From an uncultured bacterium (GTDB lineage: Bacteria; Bacteroidota; Bacteroidia; NS11-12g; UBA9320), in NCBI GenBank assembly GCA_963933305.1, contig CAWVTM010000002.1, positions 1-45,245 on the forward strand: 45,245 nucleotides of DNA, given 5' to 3'. The notes beneath the pieces are model-generated. The model saw only the letters and a list, made by a program, of their open reading frames with translations, made no database searches and was not told where the DNA came from. Shown in pieces: positions 37,660 to 45,245 of this stretch. A program made the position numbers and the translations under genes. Within the stretch, counting starts at the first letter, position 1. The number at the start of each line of letters is the position of its first letter.

Positions 37660-39006
37660 ATGACAGATAATTTCAGCGTATTTGTCGTCGAGGACGACGA
37701 ATTTTATAGCGAAGTATTAGAGTATCACCTCTCGCTTAACCCAGATATTACGGTAACTAAGTTTACCAATGCAAAAGAATTTCTTAATAATCTAGATAAA
37801 AATCCAGATGCAGTTACACTAGATTACTCCTTGCCAGATATGAGTGGTGAAGAGGTACTTAAGAAAATAAAAGAGTACAATTCCGAAATTCCAGTAGTAA
37901 TGATCTCTGGACAGGAGAATATCAAGACTGCTATTACACTGCTCAAAGACGGAGCTTACGACTATATCGTAAAAGATGAAGACACAAAAGACCGTATTTG
38001 GAATGCAATTAGAAATATCCGTGAAAAAGAGGGTCTCAAAAAAGAAATCTCGGAACTTAAGCAGCAAGTAAAGAAAAAGTATGATTTTACTTCCAGTATC
38101 ATAGGCAATAGTCCTTCCATGAAGAAGGTGTTTGCTATGATAGAGAAGGCCGTAAAGTCTAATATCACAGTCTCCATTACAGGAGAGACGGGTACGGGTA
38201 AGGAGATAGTAGCGAAGTCTATTCACTATAATTCACCAAGAGGTAAGAAACCATTTGTAGCGGTAAATATTACGGCTATTCCTTCTGAGCTTATAGAATC
38301 AGAGCTTTTTGGTCATGAGAAAGGGGCCTTTACAGGAGCAAGTGCACGTCGTATTGGGAAATTTGAAGAAGCAGGAGAAGGTACTATCTTTTTAGATGAG
38401 ATAGGTGAGATGGATATCAATATGCAAAGTAAGCTACTACGTGTACTCCAAGAAAGGGAGCTTACTCGTGTAGGTGGTAGTGGTCTGGTAAAGGTGAAGT
38501 GTAGAGTACTAAGCGCTACACATAAGGATATGGCTGAAGAGGTTCGAAAGGGCAATTTTCGGGAGGATTTATACTACCGTCTTTTAGGCTTACCTATTAC
38601 ACTTCCTCCGCTTCGTGAGCGTGGTAACGATACATTAGTACTTGCTAAGTATTTTATAGATGAATACGCAGAAGAGAATGACATGGGAAAATTAAAGCTA
38701 TCGAGCAAAGCTCAAAACAAGCTTTTCAAGTATCCTTGGCCAGGAAATATACGTGAGCTCAAAGCGGTGGTAGAGCTGTGCTGTGTCATGACTGATAGTG
38801 ATATAGTAGAGGACGAGCATATTACCTTCAACTCTACAGGGTCTATAGATACGCTTCTTCAGAATGAAATGAGTCTAGAAGAATATAAGAATAGAATAGT
38901 AAAACACTACCTAGATAAATATAGCAATGACGTGGTAAACGTAGCTAAACGTCTGGATATAGGTAAGTCTACGATTTACAGGATGTTACAAGAGCGACTA
39001 GTATAA
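37660..39006 (+). CDS. sigma-54-dependent response regulator (NtrC family: REC + AAA+ + Fis-type HTH)
   Basis: REC domain (VFVVEDD...DAVTLDYSLPDM...). AAA+ motifs GETGTGKE, ESELFGHEKGAFTGA (GAFTGA) and FLDEIGEM. C-terminal HTH (VAKRLDIGKSTIYRML). I prefer the ATG at 37660 over 37630. Confidence 0.9.
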   Translation: MTDNFSVFVVEDDEFYSEVLEYHLSLNPDITVTKFTNAKEFLNNLDKNPDAVTLDYSLPDMSGEEVLKKIKEYNSEIPVVMISGQENIKTAITLLKDGAYDYIVKDEDTKDRIWNAIRNIREKEGLKKEISELKQQVKKKYDFTSSIIGNSPSMKKVFAMIEKAVKSNITVSITGETGTGKEIVAKSIHYNSPRGKKPFVAVNITAIPSELIESELFGHEKGAFTGASARRIGKFEEAGEGTIFLDEIGEMDINMQSKLLRVLQERELTRVGGSGLVKVKCRVLSATHKDMAEEVRKGNFREDLYYRLLGLPITLPPLRERGNDTLVLAKYFIDEYAEENDMGKLKLSSKAQNKLFKYPWPGNIRELKAVVELCCVMTDSDIVEDEHITFNSTGSIDTLLQNEMSLEEYKNRIVKHYLDKYSNDVVNVAKRLDIGKSTIYRMLQERLV

Positions 39007-39027
39007 CTCTAGTAAAAGAAATGAACA

Positions 39028-39369
39028 ATGAGCGACGAGAAATTATATGACTTAGAGCAGCTAAACGCTATAGCAGCGGGCAATGAAGATTTTGTGATTA
39101 AAATGGTGAATATGTTTTTAAAGATGACACCAGAATTAGTAGGACGTATAGAAGCTGGACTGCAGACGCAGAACTGGGCGGAGGTGCAGTCCGCAGCGCA
39201 TAAGATGAAACCATCTGTAGACATGATGGGTGTAAAAAGTCTACACGATGTAATAAGAGCAATAGAAGGTAATGCCAAAACAGAAAGCAACCTAGAACAA
39301 ATACCAGAACTCTATTTTAAACTCTCAGAAACACTAGAAAATGTCTATGAGCAATTAAGAAATAGATAA
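39028..39369 (+). CDS. Hpt (histidine phosphotransfer) domain protein
   Basis: 113-aa helical ORF with an SAAHKMKPSVDMMG phospho-His context. It starts 21 nt after the response regulator gene. Confidence 0.7.
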   Translation: MSDEKLYDLEQLNAIAAGNEDFVIKMVNMFLKMTPELVGRIEAGLQTQNWAEVQSAAHKMKPSVDMMGVKSLHDVIRAIEGNAKTESNLEQIPELYFKLSETLENVYEQLRNR

Positions 39370-39752
39370 CATACAATACAAATAAGTGAAATAGATGGCG
39401 ATAGTCATCCATTTTTTCCAAATACTACTTTAACATCTAGAAGATCTCTATTAAGTTTAAAATCTAACGGTGTTGCAGATTGCTGGGGATTATAGTACAC
39501 TTCGCAAGTATTATTATCCTGAATATTTTGAACTTTAATTTCATCAAAGAGAAGATATCCAAGATGCTTCTGGATACATTCATAAAGGATATTAGGTAAG
39601 TGTTAGAGTCTACTCATTCAAAAGACCAAACCCATTTTTTGAATTTATCATCTGTAAATTTGATTTATCTGCATTCAGTATTTGCATTTTCAAAATGAAT
39701 TTACTTTTAATATCCCGATTCGGTGCTATCTATTAATTTAGCAGTTAGCTGT

Positions 39753-40472
39753 TTAACCTACCACAAGTCTACTCTTATACATACCCACCACGTTATTCAA
39801 TCCATAGTAGAGAGCATCTGAGATAAGGGCGTGACCTATGGATACTTCCAATATTTCAGGTATCTCCGTCACGAAGTAGTTTAGATTCTCTAAACTTAGA
39901 TCATGACCTGCATTGATGCCAAGTCCCAGTTCTGTAGCTCGTTTTGCCGTTGCTTTGTAGGGTGCTATAGCTCCTGCTTTATCTTTGGGGTAGTTAGTTG
40001 CATACGCTTCTGTATAGAGTTCTATTCTATCGGCACCACACCCTAGTGCTGCGTCTACCTGCTCTACTATAGGGTCTAAAAATATCGATACGCGTATTCC
40101 TGCATCCTTAAACCTAGTAATAATAGGAGTGAGGTAATCTTTCTTTGCAATGCAGTCCCAGCCCGCATTACTGGTTATTACATCTGGTCCGTCTGGTACC
40201 AGCGTGACTTGTGTTGGTTTTATTTCCAGCACCATTTGTATGAAGTCTTCACTCGGATAGCCTTCTACATTATACTCTGTTTTTACTACATCTGCTAGTC
40301 CATACGCATCTGCTCTAGTAACGTGTCGCTCATCTGGTCTAGGATGCACAGTTATACCTTCCGCCCCGAAGTTTTCTAAGTCCTTAGCAGCCTGTAGCAC
40401 ATTAGGAGTATCTCCACCTCTGGCATTTCTGATGGTTGCTATTTTATTGATGTTTACGCTTAGTTTGGTCAT
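39753..40472 (-). CDS. pdxJ: pyridoxine 5'-phosphate synthase
   Basis: 239-aa ORF with LSVNINKIATIRNARGG, HPRPDERH, ELYT and GHDL motifs. Confidence 0.92.
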   Translation of the reverse strand: MTKLSVNINKIATIRNARGGDTPNVLQAAKDLENFGAEGITVHPRPDERHVTRADAYGLADVVKTEYNVEGYPSEDFIQMVLEIKPTQVTLVPDGPDVITSNAGWDCIAKKDYLTPIITRFKDAGIRVSIFLDPIVEQVDAALGCGADRIELYTEAYATNYPKDKAGAIAPYKATAKRATELGLGINAGHDLSLENLNYFVTEIPEILEVSIGHALISDALYYGLNNVVGMYKSRLVVG

Positions 40473-40477
40473 TGAGT

Positions 40478-42559
40478 CTATTTAATTTTATATCTAACTT
40501 GTAGCGTAAATGTTTGTTTTACGTTTCCTTTAATTTCTTGCATACCAGATCCGATAGTATAGCTTTGGTCCAAGCTATTTAGCGGCACGTCTTGCTGAGT
40601 ATAGGCATATCTAAACCAGAAGTCTAACCCTTTACGAGTTTTATATCGCACCAGTGCGGCAAATCTCAGCCCTGAAAAGCCGTGTGTGAATAATGGATAA
40701 TCATAAAGTGGTACGGGTTCAAAGCTATAGATTCTGTTTTCAAACTGGTCTATACTGCTATAGGCTACTCTACCTTTTAGCTGAAGGCTACTTCCAAAAG
40801 GCTTATATATAATATCCTGATAGACTAAGCTACCGAAAGAAGTTCTATTTGCTTTTTCCACTACACTCACTTCTATTCTGTTTCGGAGTTGTACACCTTT
40901 TTTTACGGTATAGTCCATATGCAGACGATGCCGTTGGGTGGTGATATTGGTCAGTAGGTTTGTAGTCTCTCCAGGTAAATTAATCTGCTTGGTTTCGGTG
41001 CGGTATCTGTAGTATGCACGCCACTTTTTGCTTGGCTTATAGTGCAGCTCTGTCCACAGGTCATTTCCTTTAGTAGGGGCATCTGCACTAAAGCGTAACC
41101 ATGGACTGGTAAATAGGTCATAGTATCCGAGTAGCGTAAATCGTTTACTTAACTGGGCTTGAAAACCACTGTAAAACCCATTTTCATTACTAGCATTACT
41201 GCTCTCACCAAAACCATTGCTCTGCAAAGTGATGAAGCTTTTGTCATAGTTTCTGTAGACAAAACTTACATCTACTGCCCTATGAAGACTTACCAAAGCA
41301 CCGTATACTTGTGCTATAGCATTTTCAAAACTACTGTGACTTACCTCTCCGTATACATTTATGTTTTTATATACGAAATCATAGTACAGACCATTTTTAA
41401 AATAATCTTCTCCTCTAAAGTTGAACTGATTATACGGTTGCTCATTGGGTTCTAAGCTTGCACTTAGTTTGCGGAGATAGTTTACGGTCCCTATTCTCCC
41501 AAAGGGTAACTTATAATCTAGATAAAATCCAGTTTGAAAATCTGTGATGGCATCCTTATCTGCTAGCTCTGAGGGAGTTCGGTGTAATCCTCCATCTTCT
41601 TGTATGCTCGTAGTGACTATAGGTGCTTCTGGATCTCTATCTTCTTCATCTAGCGTATTGCCGTCTACTTTTTTATAAGATGCGAATATTCCTGTAGTGA
41701 TATTACCTAGTTCCAGAGCTAAAGCTCCTCCACGTAAATAGGCGTTTTCCCTTAAAGAGCGATATGCTCCGAAGCCATTGAAGTTCCGTTTAGAATTAGT
41801 AATGATACTAGATTTACCAAAAGCCAATCCTGTACTAAGTGTTAAGCCTTGACCAAAGTTAGCTTGATAGTCACCTAGATTTAATGCTTTAAGCCTTCCT
41901 ATATCTCTAGCCGCAAAATAGAATGAGTAGTAATCATAGCCAGTAGGATTATTATCACCTCCAAAAGCTTCTCCAGCATCTTTCTCCATGTTTACGCCAA
42001 AAGATATAAAGCGTTTATAGTCAAACCTGTAGCGGAGATTGTTATATAAGGAAGTACCCGTATAGTGGTTTTTACTGCGGTCCGTGAGCGTATCTGCTAT
42101 CAGACGGCCTTTTAGCTGTGGGGTAATTAGCTCTGCAAGACTGAGTATTTGATGACTTCCATTTTGCCATATTTTTTTGGCATCTTTCAGGTGTATAGGG
42201 CTAGATTTTATGGAGACAAAGGGCAGTATTTCTTGGATATCTGTGATACTAAATGATGGGAGTACTTGTAGCTCGTAGATGCTTATAAAATTACCGAATT
42301 TCTTACGGTGTTCTATAATCTCTAAGGATTGAAATCCATCTAAAAATGCAGCAGCAAAGAGTTCTTGCGCATCGGCTTTATTTAGGTCTATCGGATGATA
42401 TATATAGGAGAGTAAGTCACTGGCAAATTGCTGGATATCTACTTCGTCAGAAGTGTTCTCTATATAGCGTTCTATAAATTCATTGACGATTTCATTTTCT
42501 GTTTGTGCTACAGAGAAAAAAGTGACTAAAGTAAGTAATATCCAAAGGTTAAAACGCAT
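40478..42559 (-). CDS. outer-membrane beta-barrel protein with N-terminal ComEA-like tandem helix-hairpin-helix domain
   Basis: About 693 aa from the ATG at 42559, with signal peptide (LTLVTFFSVAQ). DLNKADAQEL...IIEHRKKFGNFISIYELQVLPSF resembles ComEA HhH repeats. The remaining ~570 aa are Y/F/G/N-rich with alternating beta-strand character. Confidence 0.6.
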   Translation of the reverse strand: MRFNLWILLTLVTFFSVAQTENEIVNEFIERYIENTSDEVDIQQFASDLLSYIYHPIDLNKADAQELFAAAFLDGFQSLEIIEHRKKFGNFISIYELQVLPSFSITDIQEILPFVSIKSSPIHLKDAKKIWQNGSHQILSLAELITPQLKGRLIADTLTDRSKNHYTGTSLYNNLRYRFDYKRFISFGVNMEKDAGEAFGGDNNPTGYDYYSFYFAARDIGRLKALNLGDYQANFGQGLTLSTGLAFGKSSIITNSKRNFNGFGAYRSLRENAYLRGGALALELGNITTGIFASYKKVDGNTLDEEDRDPEAPIVTTSIQEDGGLHRTPSELADKDAITDFQTGFYLDYKLPFGRIGTVNYLRKLSASLEPNEQPYNQFNFRGEDYFKNGLYYDFVYKNINVYGEVSHSSFENAIAQVYGALVSLHRAVDVSFVYRNYDKSFITLQSNGFGESSNASNENGFYSGFQAQLSKRFTLLGYYDLFTSPWLRFSADAPTKGNDLWTELHYKPSKKWRAYYRYRTETKQINLPGETTNLLTNITTQRHRLHMDYTVKKGVQLRNRIEVSVVEKANRTSFGSLVYQDIIYKPFGSSLQLKGRVAYSSIDQFENRIYSFEPVPLYDYPLFTHGFSGLRFAALVRYKTRKGLDFWFRYAYTQQDVPLNSLDQSYTIGSGMQEIKGNVKQTFTLQVRYKIK

Positions 42560-43355
42560 ACCCAACGTTTAGTGATGGAGAAAACCCAAGTTGATTATGA
42601 TATGCCCCAGTGATATCAAGTTGTAATTTATCTGCTTTCCATCCGAAACCAACAGCTACAAGTTGATTCAGTCCGAACCCTCCTCTTATAGAATACTTAT
42701 CTCTACTTAGCTCTAGCCCGGCATTCAGGTCTATCTTCTCTTCAGACACTTGTAGTACGTCACTATAGAGTATTATGTTTTCTGCTAATAGGTAATCTAA
42801 TCCTAGGCGGATATTGGCAGGAAGTCTTTCTAGTGGTGAGTCTATTATAGGTGTACGAGTTGGATTAAATGCTTGAAATCCTACATTGAGTTTTTTGTTG
42901 ACTGCGTAGTATAGGCCTATGTTAAAGGTTAAGAAGTTTGCGGTCTTGTAGTATGCATCAGTAGATGACAGTATATGATAATTAATAGCAATACCTGCGG
43001 ATACTTGTTTCCCGAGCTGTTTAGCTACGGCTAGTTGAGCTTTCTGGCTAGTCAAATGGGCCAGCGGTGCTATTTGATAGGAGAATCCTATGTTAGCTAG
43101 TTTGGAAGATACATTCCCAGTTAAAAGTACGTTTGAGTAATCAGATAAACCAAATCTATTTGCTGCATTAAGAGATATTTCGTTCTTAGAGAATGCCAGT
43201 GCAGCCACGTTGTTTTCTATAGAAAAGGAATTGAGGTATGTAGCTGACGACCCTCCTAAGGAGAGCGATATGGCGTTGTTTGCCGGAGGTGAAATGGCGT
43301 AACTATTTATTGCTGTAGTGAGTCCTAAAAGTATGAAGAGTAAAATTTTCATCAT
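42549..43355 (-). CDS. small outer-membrane beta-barrel, PorQ/PorV-like N-terminal motif
   Basis: 268-aa ORF with signal peptide (LGLTTAINSYA). SLSLGGSSATYLNSFSIENNVAALAF resembles the PorQ/PorV entry motif. Ends in the OMP-type terminus NVGYAF. It overlaps the downstream gene by 11 nt. Confidence 0.5.
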   Translation of the reverse strand: MMKILLFILLGLTTAINSYAISPPANNAISLSLGGSSATYLNSFSIENNVAALAFSKNEISLNAANRFGLSDYSNVLLTGNVSSKLANIGFSYQIAPLAHLTSQKAQLAVAKQLGKQVSAGIAINYHILSSTDAYYKTANFLTFNIGLYYAVNKKLNVGFQAFNPTRTPIIDSPLERLPANIRLGLDYLLAENIILYSDVLQVSEEKIDLNAGLELSRDKYSIRGGFGLNQLVAVGFGWKADKLQLDITGAYHNQLGFSPSLNVGYAF

Positions 43356-43375
43356 CCCATAGTAACGCTCGTGGA

Positions 43376-43702
43376 TTAGAGTTCTTCTTTTAGTTGGAGT
43401 AAGAACTTTTTAATGCTTTGTAGTCTCCTTACTACTTCTACATTAGAATCCACCGATCGTTTATCTGTTTTTATTTTTTCTTTAGCTCCTTGTAGTGTGT
43501 AGCCTTTTTCCTTTACCAGAAGATAGATTCTACCTATTTCATCTATATCCTTGCTTGTGTAAAATCGTGTCCCTTTGCTGTTTCTCTTAGGTTTTAGGGT
43601 ATTAAACTCTGTTTCCCAATAGCGTAGCAATGACGCGGCCACATTAAAATGTGTAGATACTTCTGAGATCTGGTAATAAAGTTTGCCTTCTTTTAAGGCC
43701 AT
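43376..43702 (-). CDS. MerR-family transcriptional regulator
   Basis: 108-aa ORF with the N-terminal HTH YYQISEVSTHFNVAASLLRYWETEF. Its ATG shares a base with the upstream TAA (TAATG). Confidence 0.85.
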   Translation of the reverse strand: MALKEGKLYYQISEVSTHFNVAASLLRYWETEFNTLKPKRNSKGTRFYTSKDIDEIGRIYLLVKEKGYTLQGAKEKIKTDKRSVDSNVEVVRRLQSIKKFLLQLKEEL

Positions 43703-44664
43703 TAGTCAAATGACTGATTTGGATTAGAGGAAAGCTTGAGTATTTCTTCGTATTGGTCGCTTGTAAGGTCGTTGTAGAAATATCCTACAGGATTTACTGC
43801 AGTGCCATTTTTGTGTACTTCGTAGTGCAGGTGAGCACCAGTAGATTTACCCGTACTGCCTACTAATCCTATGAGTTGGCCTCGAGTTACTTTTTGTCCT
43901 CTTTTCATTAAGGCCCTACTCATGTGACCATACAAGGTGGAATATCCGTATCCGTGATTTATTACAATGTGTGTACCATATCCCCAGCGAGAGTGGGCTA
44001 CTTTCTGTATCACTCCATCACCAGTAGCATATATTTTGGTGCCTTTAGGAGCGGCAAAATCCATGCCCTTGTGCATTTTACGTGTTTTGTATATGGGATC
44101 TGTTCTGTATCCAAATCCAGAAGCTATTCTACGTAGATTTTTATTTGGGATGGGCTGTATAGCAGGAATAGAAGCAAGCATTTTACTTTTATTCTTAGCC
44201 ATTTTTATAAGCTTATTGTAGGAGTCTTCTTGCACTTTATACTGAGCACTCATATTATCTAGCTTGGCATGCAGGTTTTTGAAGTCTCTACCATTCTTGA
44301 TCTGGTCTAGTGAGGTGTACTTATCTGTGCCACCCGTACCTGCTTTTCTGAGGTCGTCACTGATAGGATCAGCACCGAAAATTTCGCGGTAAACGTCGTC
44401 ATCCATCTGAGCTAAATCATTGAGCTGAGTTTGCATCTCTAGTGATTTATTATTCAAGATTTTTAATTGCACTTCATATTCAGAGACTTGGTGCTGCAGG
44501 TCTTCGGTATTATTGCCATCTAGAGCTATCATTACACTCGCTACGGCTATCACAGCTGCTAGGGAGAGAAAGCCAAATACCTTAGCGATTACGCCTAAAT
44601 AATTTGAAGATTCTCTTTCATATTCAAGAGTTTCCTGATTAAATCTAAATTTCGCTTTACTCAT
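43702..44664 (-). CDS. M23-family metallopeptidase (membrane-anchored, coiled-coil linker)
   Basis: 320-aa ORF with an N-terminal TM helix. Motifs HKGMDFAAPKGTKIYATGDG and GAHLHYEVHKNG. Confidence 0.9.
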   Translation of the reverse strand: MSKAKFRFNQETLEYERESSNYLGVIAKVFGFLSLAAVIAVASVMIALDGNNTEDLQHQVSEYEVQLKILNNKSLEMQTQLNDLAQMDDDVYREIFGADPISDDLRKAGTGGTDKYTSLDQIKNGRDFKNLHAKLDNMSAQYKVQEDSYNKLIKMAKNKSKMLASIPAIQPIPNKNLRRIASGFGYRTDPIYKTRKMHKGMDFAAPKGTKIYATGDGVIQKVAHSRWGYGTHIVINHGYGYSTLYGHMSRALMKRGQKVTRGQLIGLVGSTGKSTGAHLHYEVHKNGTAVNPVGYFYNDLTSDQYEEILKLSSNPNQSFD

Positions 44665-44740
44665 TGTATTTTTGCTGCTTTTATAAAACCTTGCGAATAT
44701 AAAAAATTAGCGTGAGTAAAAAAACACCTTTAGACAAAAC

Positions 44741-45245
44741 AATGACCGCAGCAGAGATAAGACAACAGTTCCTCGATTTTTTTGAGCAAAAAGGCCATAA
44801 AGTGGTGGAATCAGCACCTATAGTAGTGAAGGATGATCCTACACTTATGTTTACCAATGCAGGTATGAATCAGTTCAAAGATATCTTTTTAGGAGATAAA
44901 AAAACTGAAAGTACACGCGTGGTAGATACGCAAAAGTGCCTACGCGTAAGTGGTAAGCATAACGATCTAGAAGAAGTAGGAGTGGATACCTATCATCATA
45001 CGATGTTTGAGATGTTGGGCAATTGGTCTTTCGGTGATTACTTCAAGGAAGACGCCATTAACTGGGCGTGGGAGCTTCTCACAGAGGTGTATAAATTGGA
45101 CAAAGACAGACTCTATGTGTCTGTTTTTGAAGGAGACAAAACGGACAACCTAGGGCTAGATACAGAGGCTAAAGAGCTATGGTTAAAACTCGTAGCCGAT
45201 GACAAAATAATCCTAGGGAATAAAAAAGACAATTTCTGGGAAATG
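44741..45245 (+). CDS. alaS: alanine--tRNA ligase, N-terminal part (runs off the window)
   Basis: Not in the track because the frame is open-ended. ATG at 44741 gives [51 protein letters not shown]...[31 protein letters not shown], the class II AlaS signature. An in-frame GTG at 44711 is an alternative start. Confidence 0.93.

Noticed and set aside
37819-38226. 135-aa and 71-aa minus-strand ORFs antisense to the NtrC-type regulator
   Set aside because: Shadow ORFs within the REC/AAA+ coding region, with junk-like composition.

Overview
This window looks like a core chromosomal segment of an AT-rich Bacteroidota genome, probably Flavobacteriia-like. Supporting signs are the ompH-ompH-murI block, a separate atpDC pair, a short MenE-type ligase, T9SS-style C-terminal domain and PorV/PorQ-like barrels, TAnnTTTG-type promoter boxes, and many TTG/GTG starts with stop/start overlaps. 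I support about 40 protein genes, one RNA gene that the ORF track does not show (small SRP RNA, 33921-34003), and four clear rho-independent terminators. I found no rRNA, tRNA, CRISPR array, transposase, integrase or recognisable defence genes, so this is not an obvious accessory island. The best candidate for an undescribed system is the three-gene outer-membrane operon at 13736-22577. It encodes a 1256-aa Oar/SusC-type TonB-dependent barrel, a 1284-aa secreted protein with no domain I can recognise by eye apart from a T9SS-CTD-like C-terminus, and a divergent PorV-like barrel. A strong terminator closes the operon. A second candidate is the overlapping pair at 40478-43355, a small PorQ-like barrel followed by a ComEA-like helix-hairpin-helix domain fused to a large beta-barrel. 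Other points worth a look: murI has no canonical start codon for its conserved N-terminus. There is also an orphan LuxE-like acyl-protein synthetase, an NtrC-type regulator plus Hpt protein with no kinase, a UPF0104/GT2/small-ORF membrane module, and two unusually long non-coding gaps. All family assignments come from motifs read by eye. No database search was run.
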